DNA of 64,000 nucleotides, from assembly GCA_963770895.1 (NCBI GenBank), contig CAVYRF010000002.1, forward strand, positions 1,824,001 to 1,888,000, written 5' to 3'. The stretch comes from an uncultured Acidobacteriota bacterium. GTDB lineage: Bacteria > Acidobacteriota > Thermoanaerobaculia > Multivoradales > UBA5704. The notes under the pieces are model-generated. The model was not told where the DNA came from, made no database searches, and saw nothing but the letters and a program-made list of their open reading frames with translations. This document shows, piece after piece, positions 27,582 through 37,820 of the stretch. Each line of letters starts with the position of its first letter. Position 1 is the first letter of the stretch. A program made the translations under genes and the position numbers.

Positions 27582-28897
27582 GGCGCCCCCGCCTCGAAGC
27601 GGGCGCGCCCCACCGGCCACGCGGCGCCGGCGGCGGCGCGCTGGGAGGCGCGGTGCAGCACCCACTCGGCGACGCGGCCGGCGGAGCCTTCACCCGACAC
27701 CTGGGCCGCCGCCTCGGCAAGCGCCGCGCGCTGGGTTTCGCGCCGCTCGCGGCTGGCCAGCAGCGCGCCCGCGGCGCTCGCCACCCGCTCGCCGGTGACC
27801 GCCCCTTGCAGCAGCTCCGGCACCGCGGCGCGGCGCAGCAGCAGGTTGGGGATCCCCACTCTCTCGGTGGCCAGCAGCCGCAGCGCCTGGCTGAGCCGCA
27901 CCGTCGCCAGGGAGAGCATTCCGATGTTGCACACGATGACCATCGGCACCCTCAGCAAAGTCGCCTCCAGGCAGGCTGTGCCCGAGGCGATGACCAGCAG
28001 GTCGCTGGCCCGCATGGCCAGGTGGCTGTCGCTGGTGAGCGTGACGTGTTGCCGCAGTCCGTGCGCCGCGATGCGGCTGCCGATCTCTGCGGCAAGGTGA
28101 GGCTCGGCGACGGGGAGCACGAACGCGCGCCGCGGGTCGTCGCGCAGCAACCGCGCCGCGGCGTCGAGCAGCGCCGGCAGCAGCGCGCGCACCTCTTGCG
28201 TCCGGCTTCCCGGCAGCAGCCCGACGATCGCCGGGGCGCTGTCGCCGGCGCCTGCAGCTCCGCCCACCTCGCCGGCTCCGCCCTGGCCGGCAACGTCCCC
28301 GGCAGCACCGGCGCTGCCGGCGCTGCCGGCGCCAAGCCCCAGCGCGGCCCTGGCGGCGGCGCGGTCCGCGGCCTCCACCGGGCTCAATTCGTCACACAGG
28401 TAGTGGCCGACAAACGTCGTCTCCACGCCGCGCCCCGCGTAGACTTCCTGTTCTTCGCCGAAGCAGGTCAGCACGGAGTCGAAGCTGCGAGCCATCGGGC
28501 CGGCAAAGACCCGCCACAGCCACACCTGGGGCGGAAAGTACGAGATTGCCGGCACTCCCTGGCGCCGCAGCCAGCGGGCCAGCGCGACGTGGAACAGGTC
28601 GTAACCGATCAGCAGTGCCGCATGGGGGCGCTCGTCGCGCACCCGGCGTCGCAGCGCGCGCACCATCGCGGCGAGCGCCGGCAGGGTGCTGAACGGCTCG
28701 GAGACGCCCACCGAAGCCAGGCGGCTGGAATCGACGTCGATCGCCACCCCGGCCGCGCGCATCCGCTTGCCGCCGACGCCGGCCAGCCGGGTGTCCGGCG
28801 CGCGGCGCAGGATCTCGGCCGCCACGCGCGCCCCCGCCGCGTCGCCCGAGACCTCGCCGGCGCTCATCAGGATACGAGCCGCTGGGACCTGGGTCAC
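27578..28897 (-). CDS. lpxB: Lipid-A-disaccharide synthase
   Basis: MSAGEVSGD, YFPPQVWLWR, FVGH, GLLPGSRTQEV, SGTACLE and IPNLL..VPELLQ motifs. Confidence 0.92.
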   Translation of the reverse strand: MTQVPAARILMSAGEVSGDAAGARVAAEILRRAPDTRLAGVGGKRMRAAGVAIDVDSSRLASVGVSEPFSTLPALAAMVRALRRRVRDERPHAALLIGYDLFHVALARWLRRQGVPAISYFPPQVWLWRVFAGPMARSFDSVLTCFGEEQEVYAGRGVETTFVGHYLCDELSPVEAADRAAARAALGLGAGSAGSAGAAGDVAGQGGAGEVGGAAGAGDSAPAIVGLLPGSRTQEVRALLPALLDAAARLLRDDPRRAFVLPVAEPHLAAEIGSRIAAHGLRQHVTLTSDSHLAMRASDLLVIASGTACLEATLLRVPMVIVCNIGMLSLATVRLSQALRLLATERVGIPNLLLRRAAVPELLQGAVTGERVASAAGALLASRERRETQRAALAEAAAQVSGEGSAGRVAEWVLHRASQRAAAGAAWPVGRARFEAGAP

Positions 28898-29046
28898 TGC
28901 CTCATGATACCCAACAACAGGATCCGGTGCGGCGCCCGCTGCGCACCGGGCTGCCGCAAGGCGCTGCGCCGGCGATCGCCGACGCACGGCTGAGCCCCCT
29001 CAGGCCCGTCGCCTGAGGCTATGATGCGAAAAAAAGGAGCCCATGG

Positions 29047-29847
29047 ATGAGTGGAACATTGCTGCTGGTGAGAGTGCAGGCGCGTGGAGGCAAGTTTCTG
29101 GCGGACGACATCGGCGGCGCCGAAGTGATCGTGCGCGACGATCACAGCGGTGACATGCTGGGCAGTGCGGTGGTCCAAGGAGACTCCGGCACGCTGAGCA
29201 GCACCTATCAGGCCGCGGCCTCGCGCAACACGATGATCGTCCCCGCGTCACCGGTCAACCCGCAACCGATCGTGCAGTGGCTGGTGGCGGATGCCGGCTC
29301 CTCGGGACACCTGTTCAATCTGTCGCTGCAGCGTCCCACCCTGCTGCGCATCAGCGTCCTGGGGCCGGTTGGCGGCCTGCAGTCGGCGCAGCGGGTGACG
29401 ACCCACCTGTGGGCGGTGCCGGGGGTGAACAACAATCTCCCTCCGGTGCCGGTCGGCATGGTGATCGAGCTGCCGGGGCTGCTGGTAAATGTGATGCAAC
29501 CCGCGGTGCACGAGCCGCTCCCGCCCAACCCGAACACCAGGAACGTCGATTTCAAAGTGAAGGTCATGATGATGTGCGGCTGCCAGATCGCGGAGCCCAC
29601 CGCGCCGCCCAACCCCTGGCCGTGGATCTTCAGCGACTTTGACGTCAAGGTCGTGTTCACGCCGCTGAGCGGCGGCGCCGGGCCGCTGCCGGACCTCATC
29701 TTGGGCTACGACGGCGGCACCACCAGCACCTTTAGTGGCAGCCGCAGCGTCACGGGGCGCGGCTTTTACCAGGCGGCGATCACCGCGGTCCAGAAGAGCA
29801 CCGGCAACACCGGCACGGCAACCGTCACCTTTTACGTCACCACCTGA
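29047..29847 (+). CDS. Hypothetical protein with an MMCGC (CxC) motif
   Basis: AAGGAG RBS, strong GC3 codon bias, VRVQARGGKF..IGGA N-terminus, beta-rich. Confidence 0.75.
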   Translation: MSGTLLLVRVQARGGKFLADDIGGAEVIVRDDHSGDMLGSAVVQGDSGTLSSTYQAAASRNTMIVPASPVNPQPIVQWLVADAGSSGHLFNLSLQRPTLLRISVLGPVGGLQSAQRVTTHLWAVPGVNNNLPPVPVGMVIELPGLLVNVMQPAVHEPLPPNPNTRNVDFKVKVMMMCGCQIAEPTAPPNPWPWIFSDFDVKVVFTPLSGGAGPLPDLILGYDGGTTSTFSGSRSVTGRGFYQAAITAVQKSTGNTGTATVTFYVTT

Positions 29848-29975
29848 CGTGGAGGCGATTGCGGGCCGTCGCCCGCACCGATCCCGCGGCAGCGGCAGTC
29901 CGGCAAGCCATCGCCCCGCCGGCGATTCTCCGCGGGCGCCGGCCCGCATGGCGCGCGGCGCCCACTCCCGGCGGC

Positions 29976-30632
29976 CTACGGGGCCGGCCGGTGCGCCTGC
30001 TTTTGGCAATAGGTCTTGAGCGTGGCGAGCACGTGGGGCCAGTTCTTGTCGCGGAAGAGCGCGAAGCATTTGTCCCACTTCTCGCTGTGCGGGAAGCCGA
30101 AGTGCTGCAGGCGCACCACCGTCTGGCCGGGCTGACCGATCACCGGATCGATCTGGATCTCGACCCAGGTCGGGAACGGTTGCGTATTGAGCTCCGCGCC
30201 CAGCGGCGGGAACGTCCATTCGAACGCCACCGAATGGTTCGGTTCGAGACGCAGGACCCTGCACCCCCAGGTGCCGTACGCCCTGCCGTCAGGATCGTTC
30301 TGAGGATCGAACATCACCTGGTAACGGCCGCCCAGCCGGGAATCGATCGTTGCCGCCGGCGCCATGAAATGCATCACGCCTTCCGCCGTGGTCCACAGCC
30401 GATACACCTCCGCCGGGGTCGCCTCGACGGTAACGTCGAGCGAGATGCTCTGATCGGTCTTGCTCTTGGCCGCCCAGATCGCCCGCTCCGCCGCCACGGC
30501 AGGATCTTCCGCGACGGCAGCAGTCTGGGCCGCCGCCGCCCTGGGCTCAACGGAGGCGCCGGCGTGGAGCGCAGCGAACGCAAGCAGCACCCAGCCGCAG
30601 ACCAGCACCGAACCAGACAGTCTCTGGGCCAT
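29976..30632 (-). CDS. Secreted SRPBCC/AHSA1-domain protein
   Basis: Signal peptide followed by VEATPAEVYRLWTT..G, GGRY and VRLQHFGF..W motifs. GGAG RBS. Confidence 0.85.
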   Translation of the reverse strand: MAQRLSGSVLVCGWVLLAFAALHAGASVEPRAAAAQTAAVAEDPAVAAERAIWAAKSKTDQSISLDVTVEATPAEVYRLWTTAEGVMHFMAPAATIDSRLGGRYQVMFDPQNDPDGRAYGTWGCRVLRLEPNHSVAFEWTFPPLGAELNTQPFPTWVEIQIDPVIGQPGQTVVRLQHFGFPHSEKWDKCFALFRDKNWPHVLATLKTYCQKQAHRPAP

Positions 30633-30842
30633 CGTCCGTTCTCCGATCAGGCCGGCCGCGAGCACCGGTGCTGCCTACCGCTTCGCGCGCCGGGAAGCTT
30701 GTGGATGCGTGGCAGCATAGCACCGGGCCTACCGCTGTTGCCGCGGTTCCAGGCGTCGACACGTCGAAGATGTTAGCCTGGATTGTCGATGCCTCGGCCC
30801 GCGCAGCGGCCGGCAACGGCAATCACAAGGGAGGAGTGAGCG

Positions 30843-31253
30843 ATGCTATCCGATCCGTCTGAAGTACCGGTCTCGAAGAAGGCGCTCTGGGTGGGGCGCA
30901 TCATCAGCGGCGTCGTGGCGCTGTTCCTGTTGTCGGCCGTGGTCATGGACCTCGTCAAGCCGCCCTCTGCCGTGCAGGGCATGGTCAAGTACGGGTATCC
31001 CGAGAGCTCAATGGTTGGCATTGGCATCGCCCTGCTGATCGGCGTGGTGCTCTACGTCGTTCCCCGCATGTCGGTGCTGGGCGCGATCGTGCTGACCGGC
31101 TACCTCGGTGGCGCGGTCTCCACTCACGTTCGCGCCGGCGATCCGGCCGGCCGCATCGTCGTCCCGGTGGTCTTCGGGCTACTTATCTGGGGCGGTATCT
31201 ATCTGCGCGACAACCGCCTGCGCGCGCTCGTGCCATTGCGTCGTCCGCGGTAG
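30843..31253 (+). CDS. DoxX-family membrane protein
   Basis: WVGRIISG, LYVVPRMSVLGAIVLTGYLGGAVSTHVRAG and LRDNRLR. GGAGG RBS. Confidence 0.9.
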   Translation: MLSDPSEVPVSKKALWVGRIISGVVALFLLSAVVMDLVKPPSAVQGMVKYGYPESSMVGIGIALLIGVVLYVVPRMSVLGAIVLTGYLGGAVSTHVRAGDPAGRIVVPVVFGLLIWGGIYLRDNRLRALVPLRRPR

Positions 31254-31515
31254 GTCCCAAGTCGGCTCCCCTCCCCCGGCCCGATCGCGGACGCGCCGCA
31301 AGGCGTGCCGCGGTCGGGGCAACAGGACAGCGGCGCCGGAGACAGCCTCCGATGCCCGGCGTCTCGCCGAACCTGCGGATCTGCGCCAGCTGCGGGCTCA
31401 GCTCGGCGAAGGCACGAGCTGAGCGGCTGAACCAGTTCTGGACTCACCTTTGAGACTGACCTGTCATTGGGCATGTCCAGCCAAGATCTCTTTGTGCACC
31501 GCCGCCGGTGGCAGT

Positions 31516-32574
31516 CTACGAGAGACTCATGGAGAACCTGCGATGTAGGAAGGCGAGTTGGCTCCCGATGTCCTGCACCCAACCTAATTGGAATCGACCA
31601 CCATACCCGCTGCCGACACCCGCCACCAGATGGCCCAAGACCTTGCCGCTTCCGTGCAAGGTGACTGCGGCTCCAGAGTCTCCCTGCCTTGCAAGCCATC
31701 GGGGGTCACCACATACGGTCCAGCAGTTTTCCCACACTTCCCCATGCCGACCCTGTTGCAGTGTCATCGCGCCGTAAACGAAACCATAACGAGAACCGCT
31801 GGCCCCGCCCAGCATAGTGCATCGGGGGAATACGCTCGCATCGCAGTCGCTTGGTTGACTGACTCCATGGTTCGCCAGCGATGCTGAACGCGACAGGGAA
31901 GCACGCGACTCCACGACCGCAATGTCGTATCCCTCAGCCTTGGGATCGCTCGCAGAGTTTGCCGCTACAACCACCATGTCGGGATGGTGCTCCCTTCCCT
32001 GCCACGAAATCATTTTCGGTGTGCGCCGCACGAACGCATCTCCAATCACATGACCCGCGGTCGTGTATCCGCGGGTTGGGCTACTTCCTGCAATTTGAAG
32101 TTCGACCGAGAGTCCTATACTGCCGCGTGAGCTTCCAGAGCGAATAGCGCCCTCGCGAAAGAGCATCGGTGTTGGTGGCTCCGTAACAAGCACCATCGTG
32201 TCACGTCCAAAATCAGCCACGCCAAGATGCCTTGGACCCTGGTCTAACAGCGCGCCAAAAGGTATCGCTAAATCCATCAGTGAAACGAGAGCAAATCCGC
32301 GACCGCGAATCCGGCCTTGCGCATGGCGCCCGAGCCAGCGACCAGGGCGCTCGTAGTGACGATACCTCCAAGGGAGGCAGTCCATAATTAGTGGTGCGTC
32401 GACGGCCAGCAGGAGGACGCGAAACTCTGGAGCGAGGAGTATGGTGCCAACGCCGTGTAGCGATGCCCGGGGAAGCCAAGGTAGTGCACTTGCACCTTCA
32501 CGCATTAGTCCGGCGATGCGTGACACGGCCGAGGACAGTCGGTCGTCGTTACGCGTAGTAGGCTTCCACCACAT
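31516..32574 (-). CDS. Trypsin-like (PA clan) serine protease
   Basis: TTAGHV (His), YDIAVV (Asp), GDSGA (Ser) and VLGHLVAG. No evident signal peptide. Less GC-rich DNA. Confidence 0.78.
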   Translation of the reverse strand: MWWKPTTRNDDRLSSAVSRIAGLMREGASALPWLPRASLHGVGTILLAPEFRVLLLAVDAPLIMDCLPWRYRHYERPGRWLGRHAQGRIRGRGFALVSLMDLAIPFGALLDQGPRHLGVADFGRDTMVLVTEPPTPMLFREGAIRSGSSRGSIGLSVELQIAGSSPTRGYTTAGHVIGDAFVRRTPKMISWQGREHHPDMVVVAANSASDPKAEGYDIAVVESRASLSRSASLANHGVSQPSDCDASVFPRCTMLGGASGSRYGFVYGAMTLQQGRHGEVWENCWTVCGDPRWLARQGDSGAAVTLHGSGKVLGHLVAGVGSGYGGRFQLGWVQDIGSQLAFLHRRFSMSLS

Positions 32575-32612
32575 TATTTTAGTTCCATTATGTTACGCGG
32601 CTCTTTGCTGGG

Positions 32613-33125
32613 TCATGCTCCACGATTGAGGAGTGTAGCCGCTCCGCCGATCATGACTGATACTACGAAGACCAGGAGAGTCGGAGCCCAGACGATATTA
32701 GCGCCCCACTTGAACCAACTGCCAGGCATTGCTGTAGCCCACGAGAAAAAGGCAAACCCGGCTGCTAGCACTTCAAACCAAGCCGCGGCCAGGGTGCTGA
32801 GCGCCGTAGGCGCTGAGACTGGTTGTTTTGCCGCCTCGGTGCGGACCTTTTTGTGGCTAATGACCCAAGTTGTGAAGGACGCGATGACGGCGACCGCGAA
32901 AGCGAGGAGAACCAACTTCCGTCTACCTATTCCGCCAGGTATGGTAGCGATGCCCCCTGCGGCGGCGACATATGCGGTAGTGACTTCCGTAGGTATGTAT
33001 GCGCCAATGTTGGCCAGGAGTTGCTGAGCAGCCGGCATTCTCCCGGAATTAGCCAACGCCTTAGAAGTGACCGGTCGCGGCAGTGCGCGTCTCGCAACCA
33101 TGTCGGATATCCGAGCTAGTGACAT
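32613..33125 (-). CDS. Hypothetical 4-TM membrane protein (YIPTEV motif)
   Basis: AAGGAGG RBS and four hydrophobic segments. Confidence 0.78.
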   Translation of the reverse strand: MSLARISDMVARRALPRPVTSKALANSGRMPAAQQLLANIGAYIPTEVTTAYVAAAGGIATIPGGIGRRKLVLLAFAVAVIASFTTWVISHKKVRTEAAKQPVSAPTALSTLAAAWFEVLAAGFAFFSWATAMPGSWFKWGANIVWAPTLLVFVVSVMIGGAATLLNRGA

Positions 33126-33278
33126 TTCTCCTCCTTCATTTCTCCGTGCTGACCTGTCCCCAATGACTGGTCAGTCCGAAAGGTGAGTCCCCGCCCGGGC
33201 CGCCGTCCCCCCGCCGTGGCCGGCGCCGGCAACGCTTTCGTGCGCGAACGTGCCGATCCGCAACGCCGGCTCGTCCCC

Positions 33279-35717
33279 TCACGACGGCGGAGCAGGTGGT
33301 GCCGCTGGCGCCGCGGAAGCTGCCGCGGCGGCCCCACCTGAGCTGGTCATCCCTCCCGCGGCTGTCGTCGCCGTCCCCACGGCGGACACGGTCGCCGCAG
33401 CGGTCGCCGAACTCGGCGGGGCAATGATCTGGACGACGACCGGGATCTGAGTCTGGTCCTTATCGTTCTGCACGGCCGTCAGCAGGTGAAGGCCCACCAC
33501 GGTGTTGATCGCGTCCGGGAGCGGCACCGAGATGGAGCTCTGGTCAGGCGAGATGCGCGGCTGCAGCGTCGTGCCGTTCAAAAGCACATCCTTGAGCAAA
33601 CCCAGATTGGTGCCGGTCAGCACCAGAACCCTTTTCGTGCCGGCGGCCAATTGCGGTAGCGGCGCCGGTGCCGTGATCTGCGGCTTGGGATCTCCCGGCG
33701 CCGCAGCCAGCGCGAGCTGGACGGCAGGCCCGTCCGTGCGCGCCAGCACGAGGCTTTTCACACCTGCCAGCTGGCAGGTCGGGATTGCGACCAGCAGCAG
33801 CGTAGGTCGGTACGTGTCATCAACGATGGCATCGCCGACACATGGCTTGGACTTCTGCTTGGCCAGCGGCGTGGAAGCCTGGGGAGCGGCCGCCATTTTC
33901 GGCCTGGGAACCTTGCCTGGCGTCGCCGGGACACCGTTCACAAGCACGGCAACGTCATTGGATAGCTGGTCTCCAGAAATGCCGATCACCGTCGTTTCGC
34001 TGCTGGCAGACAGAGTCGTCGCGCTGGTCGCCACGAAGTCAGTCTTAAACTCGATCTGGTGGGTGGCGTAAAACCTGGCACCGCAAAAAAGATGCGCAAT
34101 CGAGAGCCTCCGATACTGCCTGACGTCGGCGGTGGGAGCCAGGAAGCTGACTTTTTGCCAGTCCTTGAGTTCGCCATGAAGACCGCAGGTTGTAACCTCG
34201 TCTTCGTGGAGCGGGGCGTTGCTCAAGCCGTACACCGCCTGTCCCAGCAGGATCAGGGGCGGCGAATCCGCACCGACGCAGTCACCCGTCAGAGATACGG
34301 TAACCTTGGATTGGACCGCATCGAAAGGCATTGCCTCGGCTTCGCCGATCGTGGTCTTCGAAGGTGGATCGGTATTCGGCGCGCAATCCTGGCGAAGGAG
34401 CTCTGCCTTGTCTCCAGCAGCCGAAAGCACCCAGCCGACTTGAGGGCGCACCAACTGGGCGGCCTCGAGGTTGAAGATCATTCGCTTCGAAGCAAGGCTG
34501 AAGCCCGGCGATCCGTCGCCGATCGGCCCTTCGGGAACCAGCACCGTTGTGCGAGGCGCGAAGGGGCCTTGGTCGAACACCGTCACCTGGCCGTTGCCGA
34601 GGTCGGCCCAGGTGATGGCGCCCACCTCCTTGGCTTCTATATCTTTCAGCTGGATCGACCTCTCCAGGATCAGGTTGGGGCCGCTGATCGGCCTGCCCAC
34701 GATGCCTGTTGCCGCATCGTAGCGCCGCCAGGAGGTGCGTATGGAGATGGTCGCGGGACTCATGCTGGTCCCGTTCATGTCGAACGAGAGACGCGCAAAG
34801 ACCTCGCGCATGCCGGCCTTCACCGCCTTTTGTCCGAGCACCGGCCGAAACTGCCACGCCAGCACCGTTGTTGCCGGCAGGGTCGTCGGCCGCTGCAAGG
34901 CCACGGTATCCAGGGCTTGTACGATGTAGGCGGACTGCGTCCTTCCAAACCAGCTGGCGCCGACATTGACGACGTTGGAGATCACCGCTCCCGCGCCCAA
35001 CGAGGTGCTGCTGTCCTTGATAGCCGCCACGTTGTAGCTCTCTTCTCGCGGCAGCAGTGCCACGACGCCGGGTCGCTCAGGCGACCTGGAGCCATCTTGC
35101 ACTGCTTCAAGGGAGAGCTCGACCTCCGCGACGGCGCCAGCCGCTCCGGGCGGCGCCTCGATGCTGATGGGGATGCCGACCGTCAGGGTGCGCTTGGGCA
35201 GCCCTGGGCTGGTCTTGGTGTAGAGGTCTGAATAGGATTCGGTGAGCAGCAACCGCAGGTCGGCGATATCGGCGGCCAACCGCGCCTGCTCGGCAAGAGC
35301 ATCACCGGCAGAGGTGGTGAGGGAGCTTGGCAGGGCCGCCGCGCCGGTGTCGGTGATGGCGGGCGTCCCCGGCGTCAGCGGGGTGGCCTTGGTGGCGGCG
35401 CGGGAACTGACGCTGCCCTGCGCGGCGAAGGAGCTCTGCCTTGACTGCGCTCCCTGCAACCCGCCGATGCGGCTGATAAGGCTGGGGTTGTCGAAGGCGT
35501 TGAGCTGAGCCAGTTGGGCGCTCTCCAGCTGCAGCATCTGGGTCAGGAACGCATCGTCATAGATCTTGGGGTCATCAACCTCGATGCCATTGAACGCACA
35601 GTCGCGGGTGAGGTCGCTTCCCCTGCAGTCGGTCACTGCAGCGATCAGGCGCGACGAGCCCCCGATCCAAAGGACGACCACGGCAAGACGCAGCAGAGCT
35701 CTTTCCCGTCGAAGCAT
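33279..35717 (-). CDS. Large secreted hypothetical protein (812 aa) with C-terminal Ig/IPT-like beta domains
   Basis: Signal-peptide-like N-terminus, long ORF with coding bias, ISGDQL / LTGTNL IPT-like motifs and an Ala/Pro tail. Confidence 0.8.
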   Translation of the reverse strand: MLRRERALLRLAVVVLWIGGSSRLIAAVTDCRGSDLTRDCAFNGIEVDDPKIYDDAFLTQMLQLESAQLAQLNAFDNPSLISRIGGLQGAQSRQSSFAAQGSVSSRAATKATPLTPGTPAITDTGAAALPSSLTTSAGDALAEQARLAADIADLRLLLTESYSDLYTKTSPGLPKRTLTVGIPISIEAPPGAAGAVAEVELSLEAVQDGSRSPERPGVVALLPREESYNVAAIKDSSTSLGAGAVISNVVNVGASWFGRTQSAYIVQALDTVALQRPTTLPATTVLAWQFRPVLGQKAVKAGMREVFARLSFDMNGTSMSPATISIRTSWRRYDAATGIVGRPISGPNLILERSIQLKDIEAKEVGAITWADLGNGQVTVFDQGPFAPRTTVLVPEGPIGDGSPGFSLASKRMIFNLEAAQLVRPQVGWVLSAAGDKAELLRQDCAPNTDPPSKTTIGEAEAMPFDAVQSKVTVSLTGDCVGADSPPLILLGQAVYGLSNAPLHEDEVTTCGLHGELKDWQKVSFLAPTADVRQYRRLSIAHLFCGARFYATHQIEFKTDFVATSATTLSASSETTVIGISGDQLSNDVAVLVNGVPATPGKVPRPKMAAAPQASTPLAKQKSKPCVGDAIVDDTYRPTLLLVAIPTCQLAGVKSLVLARTDGPAVQLALAAAPGDPKPQITAPAPLPQLAAGTKRVLVLTGTNLGLLKDVLLNGTTLQPRISPDQSSISVPLPDAINTVVGLHLLTAVQNDKDQTQIPVVVQIIAPPSSATAAATVSAVGTATTAAGGMTSSGGAAAAASAAPAAPPAPPS

Positions 35718-35736
35718 GGACGTTCCACCCCCAGGT

Positions 35737-36108
35737 TTACTTCTTGCCACTCGAATTCTTGCCGCTGGACCCTCGCGATGCGTGGGGTCCCGGCTGGCTC
35801 TTGCGCGGGGCGACGCCACCCACGGGTGACGGAGCGCTGTGGTGAATCAGGAGCGTTTCGACCCGATGATCCGGGTCGGAACCGTTGACCAGGGTGCCTT
35901 GGAACGTGGCATAGGCGTCGTCGACATAGATGGCGTTCGTGCCGCTGAACACTACCGGATGACCGTCCACGGCAATCGTGCTGTTGGGCGAAAGGCCCAC
36001 CGTATTCATGTAGTCCTCGGCCCCAGGAGGATCGGGGCGCACCAGCAGGGTGCTGTCCAAGTAGTAGTAGGTATCCTCGCCTTCCAGCAGCGTTCCGACG
36101 TAGCGCAT
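35737..36108 (-). CDS. Small hypothetical protein
   Basis: AGAGG RBS and coding bias. Ends 19 bp before the next ATG. Confidence 0.65.
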   Translation of the reverse strand: MRYVGTLLEGEDTYYYLDSTLLVRPDPPGAEDYMNTVGLSPNSTIAVDGHPVVFSGTNAIYVDDAYATFQGTLVNGSDPDHRVETLLIHHSAPSPVGGVAPRKSQPGPHASRGSSGKNSSGKK

Positions 36109-36335
36109 TGCGCACCTCTTTCTGCGAGAGTTGCGCGCCAGTTGCTGGCACGTACTCCTGACAGAGAGGTAGACGGACCCAGCTGCGGTTTTCTCAGGCC
36201 AGCGGCGGCGAATCGAGATTCGCAGGCCGGTGCGCAGCGGGGTAACGGCGATCCAGCGACTGATCTCTGCGCACGACAGCGGTGATCAGGCCGGAACCCT
36301 CGCCGTCAAGGCTCGTTGGGCGCTGCTTCCCCGCG

Positions 36336-36374
36336 CCTTCACCGAACCTTCAGGAAAGATTCAGCCATCCTTCA
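36336..36374. promoter_or_regulatory. Four direct repeats (CC/GA)TTCA at 11-bp period
   Basis: ccttca 36336, ccttca 36347, gattca 36358, ccttca 36369, upstream of the serine hydrolase. Confidence 0.6.
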
Positions 36375-36437
36375 TCGTCGGTGCGGGATGACTGGTGCAT
36401 AAGCGTGGGGTGACGGACCAACCAGGAGGCGCCACCC

Positions 36438-37820
36438 ATGCAGCAAGTGAAGCAGGCGAACCGCTTGACCTTTGACTACCCATGGACATCGCCCCGCGGC
36501 GGTTGCCAACCCGAGCACCGCGGGGGCGGACGCGCCAGTGTTTGTTGCGGCCCTGGGCTCGTGGTCGTCCTCACCGCTCTCACCGTCCAGCTCCTTGCGG
36601 CGATCCACGGCCAGGCGGCGATGGCCGGTGAGCCGGCGCCGGAAACGGCACTGCCTTCCGCTGCGGCGGCGCCCTTGCCGCAGGAGCTGCGGCCGCCGGA
36701 TCTGGGCGACGGTTTGGCGGTTGCCGCGGTGGGGCCGGCGGCAGTGGGCGGCCTGGATGCGCGGCGGCTCGCGACGATCGGCGAGCGCATTCGCGACGGC
36801 GGCTTTCAGCGCATCACCAGCGTGGTGGTGTTGCTGGACGGCAAGCTGACCTATGAAGGCTATTGGGGTGGCGCCGACCGCGACACGTTGCACGACATCC
36901 GCTCGGCCAGCAAGACGTTGACCAGCATGATGGTGGGGCAGGCGATCGCTCGCGGCGCCATCCCTGGTGTCGATACCAAGGTTTTCAGCTACTTCACCGA
37001 TCGGAAGAACCCGCCTGGCGGTGCGGGGAGCGCTGACGGCTTGCCGTGGAAGAACCCGGACCCGCGCAAGATGCAGATCACCGTCGAGGATTTGCTGACC
37101 ATGAGCTCGCTGCTCGAATGCGACGACAACAACGACGCCTCGTCCGGCAACGAAGAGCGCATGTACGTCACCGAGGACTGGCTGGGCTTCTTCCTGGACC
37201 TGCCGATCAAGGGCTTCCCTTCATGGGTGCCGAAGCCCAAGGACTCACCCTATGGCCGCTCCTTCTCCTACTGCACGGCGGGGGTCTTTGCGCTCGGCAG
37301 GGTGCTGGAAAAGGCAACGGGGCAGAGCGTCCCCGACCTGGCGCGGGAAGGAATTCTGGCGCCGCTCGGCATCGGCAAGGTCGACTGGAAGTACTCTCCG
37401 CTGGGCGAGGCGCAGACCGGCGGCGGCACCGGCCTGCGCAGCCGCGACCTGGCCAAGCTGGGCCAGCTCTACCTGGACGGCGGGCGCTGGCAGGGGCGGC
37501 AGCTCATCCCGCGCGGCTGGGTGGAGGTTTCCACCGCCGCACACGCCAAGGCGAGCGACACCGACACCTACGGCTACCTGTGGTGGCGGCGCGACTTCGT
37601 CGCCGGCGGGCGCGCCTTCCCTGCCTTCTACATGTCGGGCAACGGTGGCAACAAGGTGGTGGTGGTGCCGTCGGCGAAGCTGGTGGCGGTCATCACCAGC
37701 ACCAACTACAACAGCCGAGGGATGCACGAGCAGACCGCGAAGCTGCTCACCGACTACATCCTGGCGGCGCTGCCCGCGAGCAGCGCGGGCGGCAGCCAGG
37801 GGGCGCCGACGACGCCCTGA
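36438..37820 (+). CDS. Serine hydrolase, beta-lactamase class C/AmpC-like family, exported
   Basis: SxxK (RSASKT), FSYCT, RDLAKLGQL, YGYLWW and SGNGGN. AGGAGG RBS and an N-terminal hydrophobic segment. Confidence 0.92.
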   Translation: MQQVKQANRLTFDYPWTSPRGGCQPEHRGGGRASVCCGPGLVVVLTALTVQLLAAIHGQAAMAGEPAPETALPSAAAAPLPQELRPPDLGDGLAVAAVGPAAVGGLDARRLATIGERIRDGGFQRITSVVVLLDGKLTYEGYWGGADRDTLHDIRSASKTLTSMMVGQAIARGAIPGVDTKVFSYFTDRKNPPGGAGSADGLPWKNPDPRKMQITVEDLLTMSSLLECDDNNDASSGNEERMYVTEDWLGFFLDLPIKGFPSWVPKPKDSPYGRSFSYCTAGVFALGRVLEKATGQSVPDLAREGILAPLGIGKVDWKYSPLGEAQTGGGTGLRSRDLAKLGQLYLDGGRWQGRQLIPRGWVEVSTAAHAKASDTDTYGYLWWRRDFVAGGRAFPAFYMSGNGGNKVVVVPSAKLVAVITSTNYNSRGMHEQTAKLLTDYILAALPASSAGGSQGAPTTP

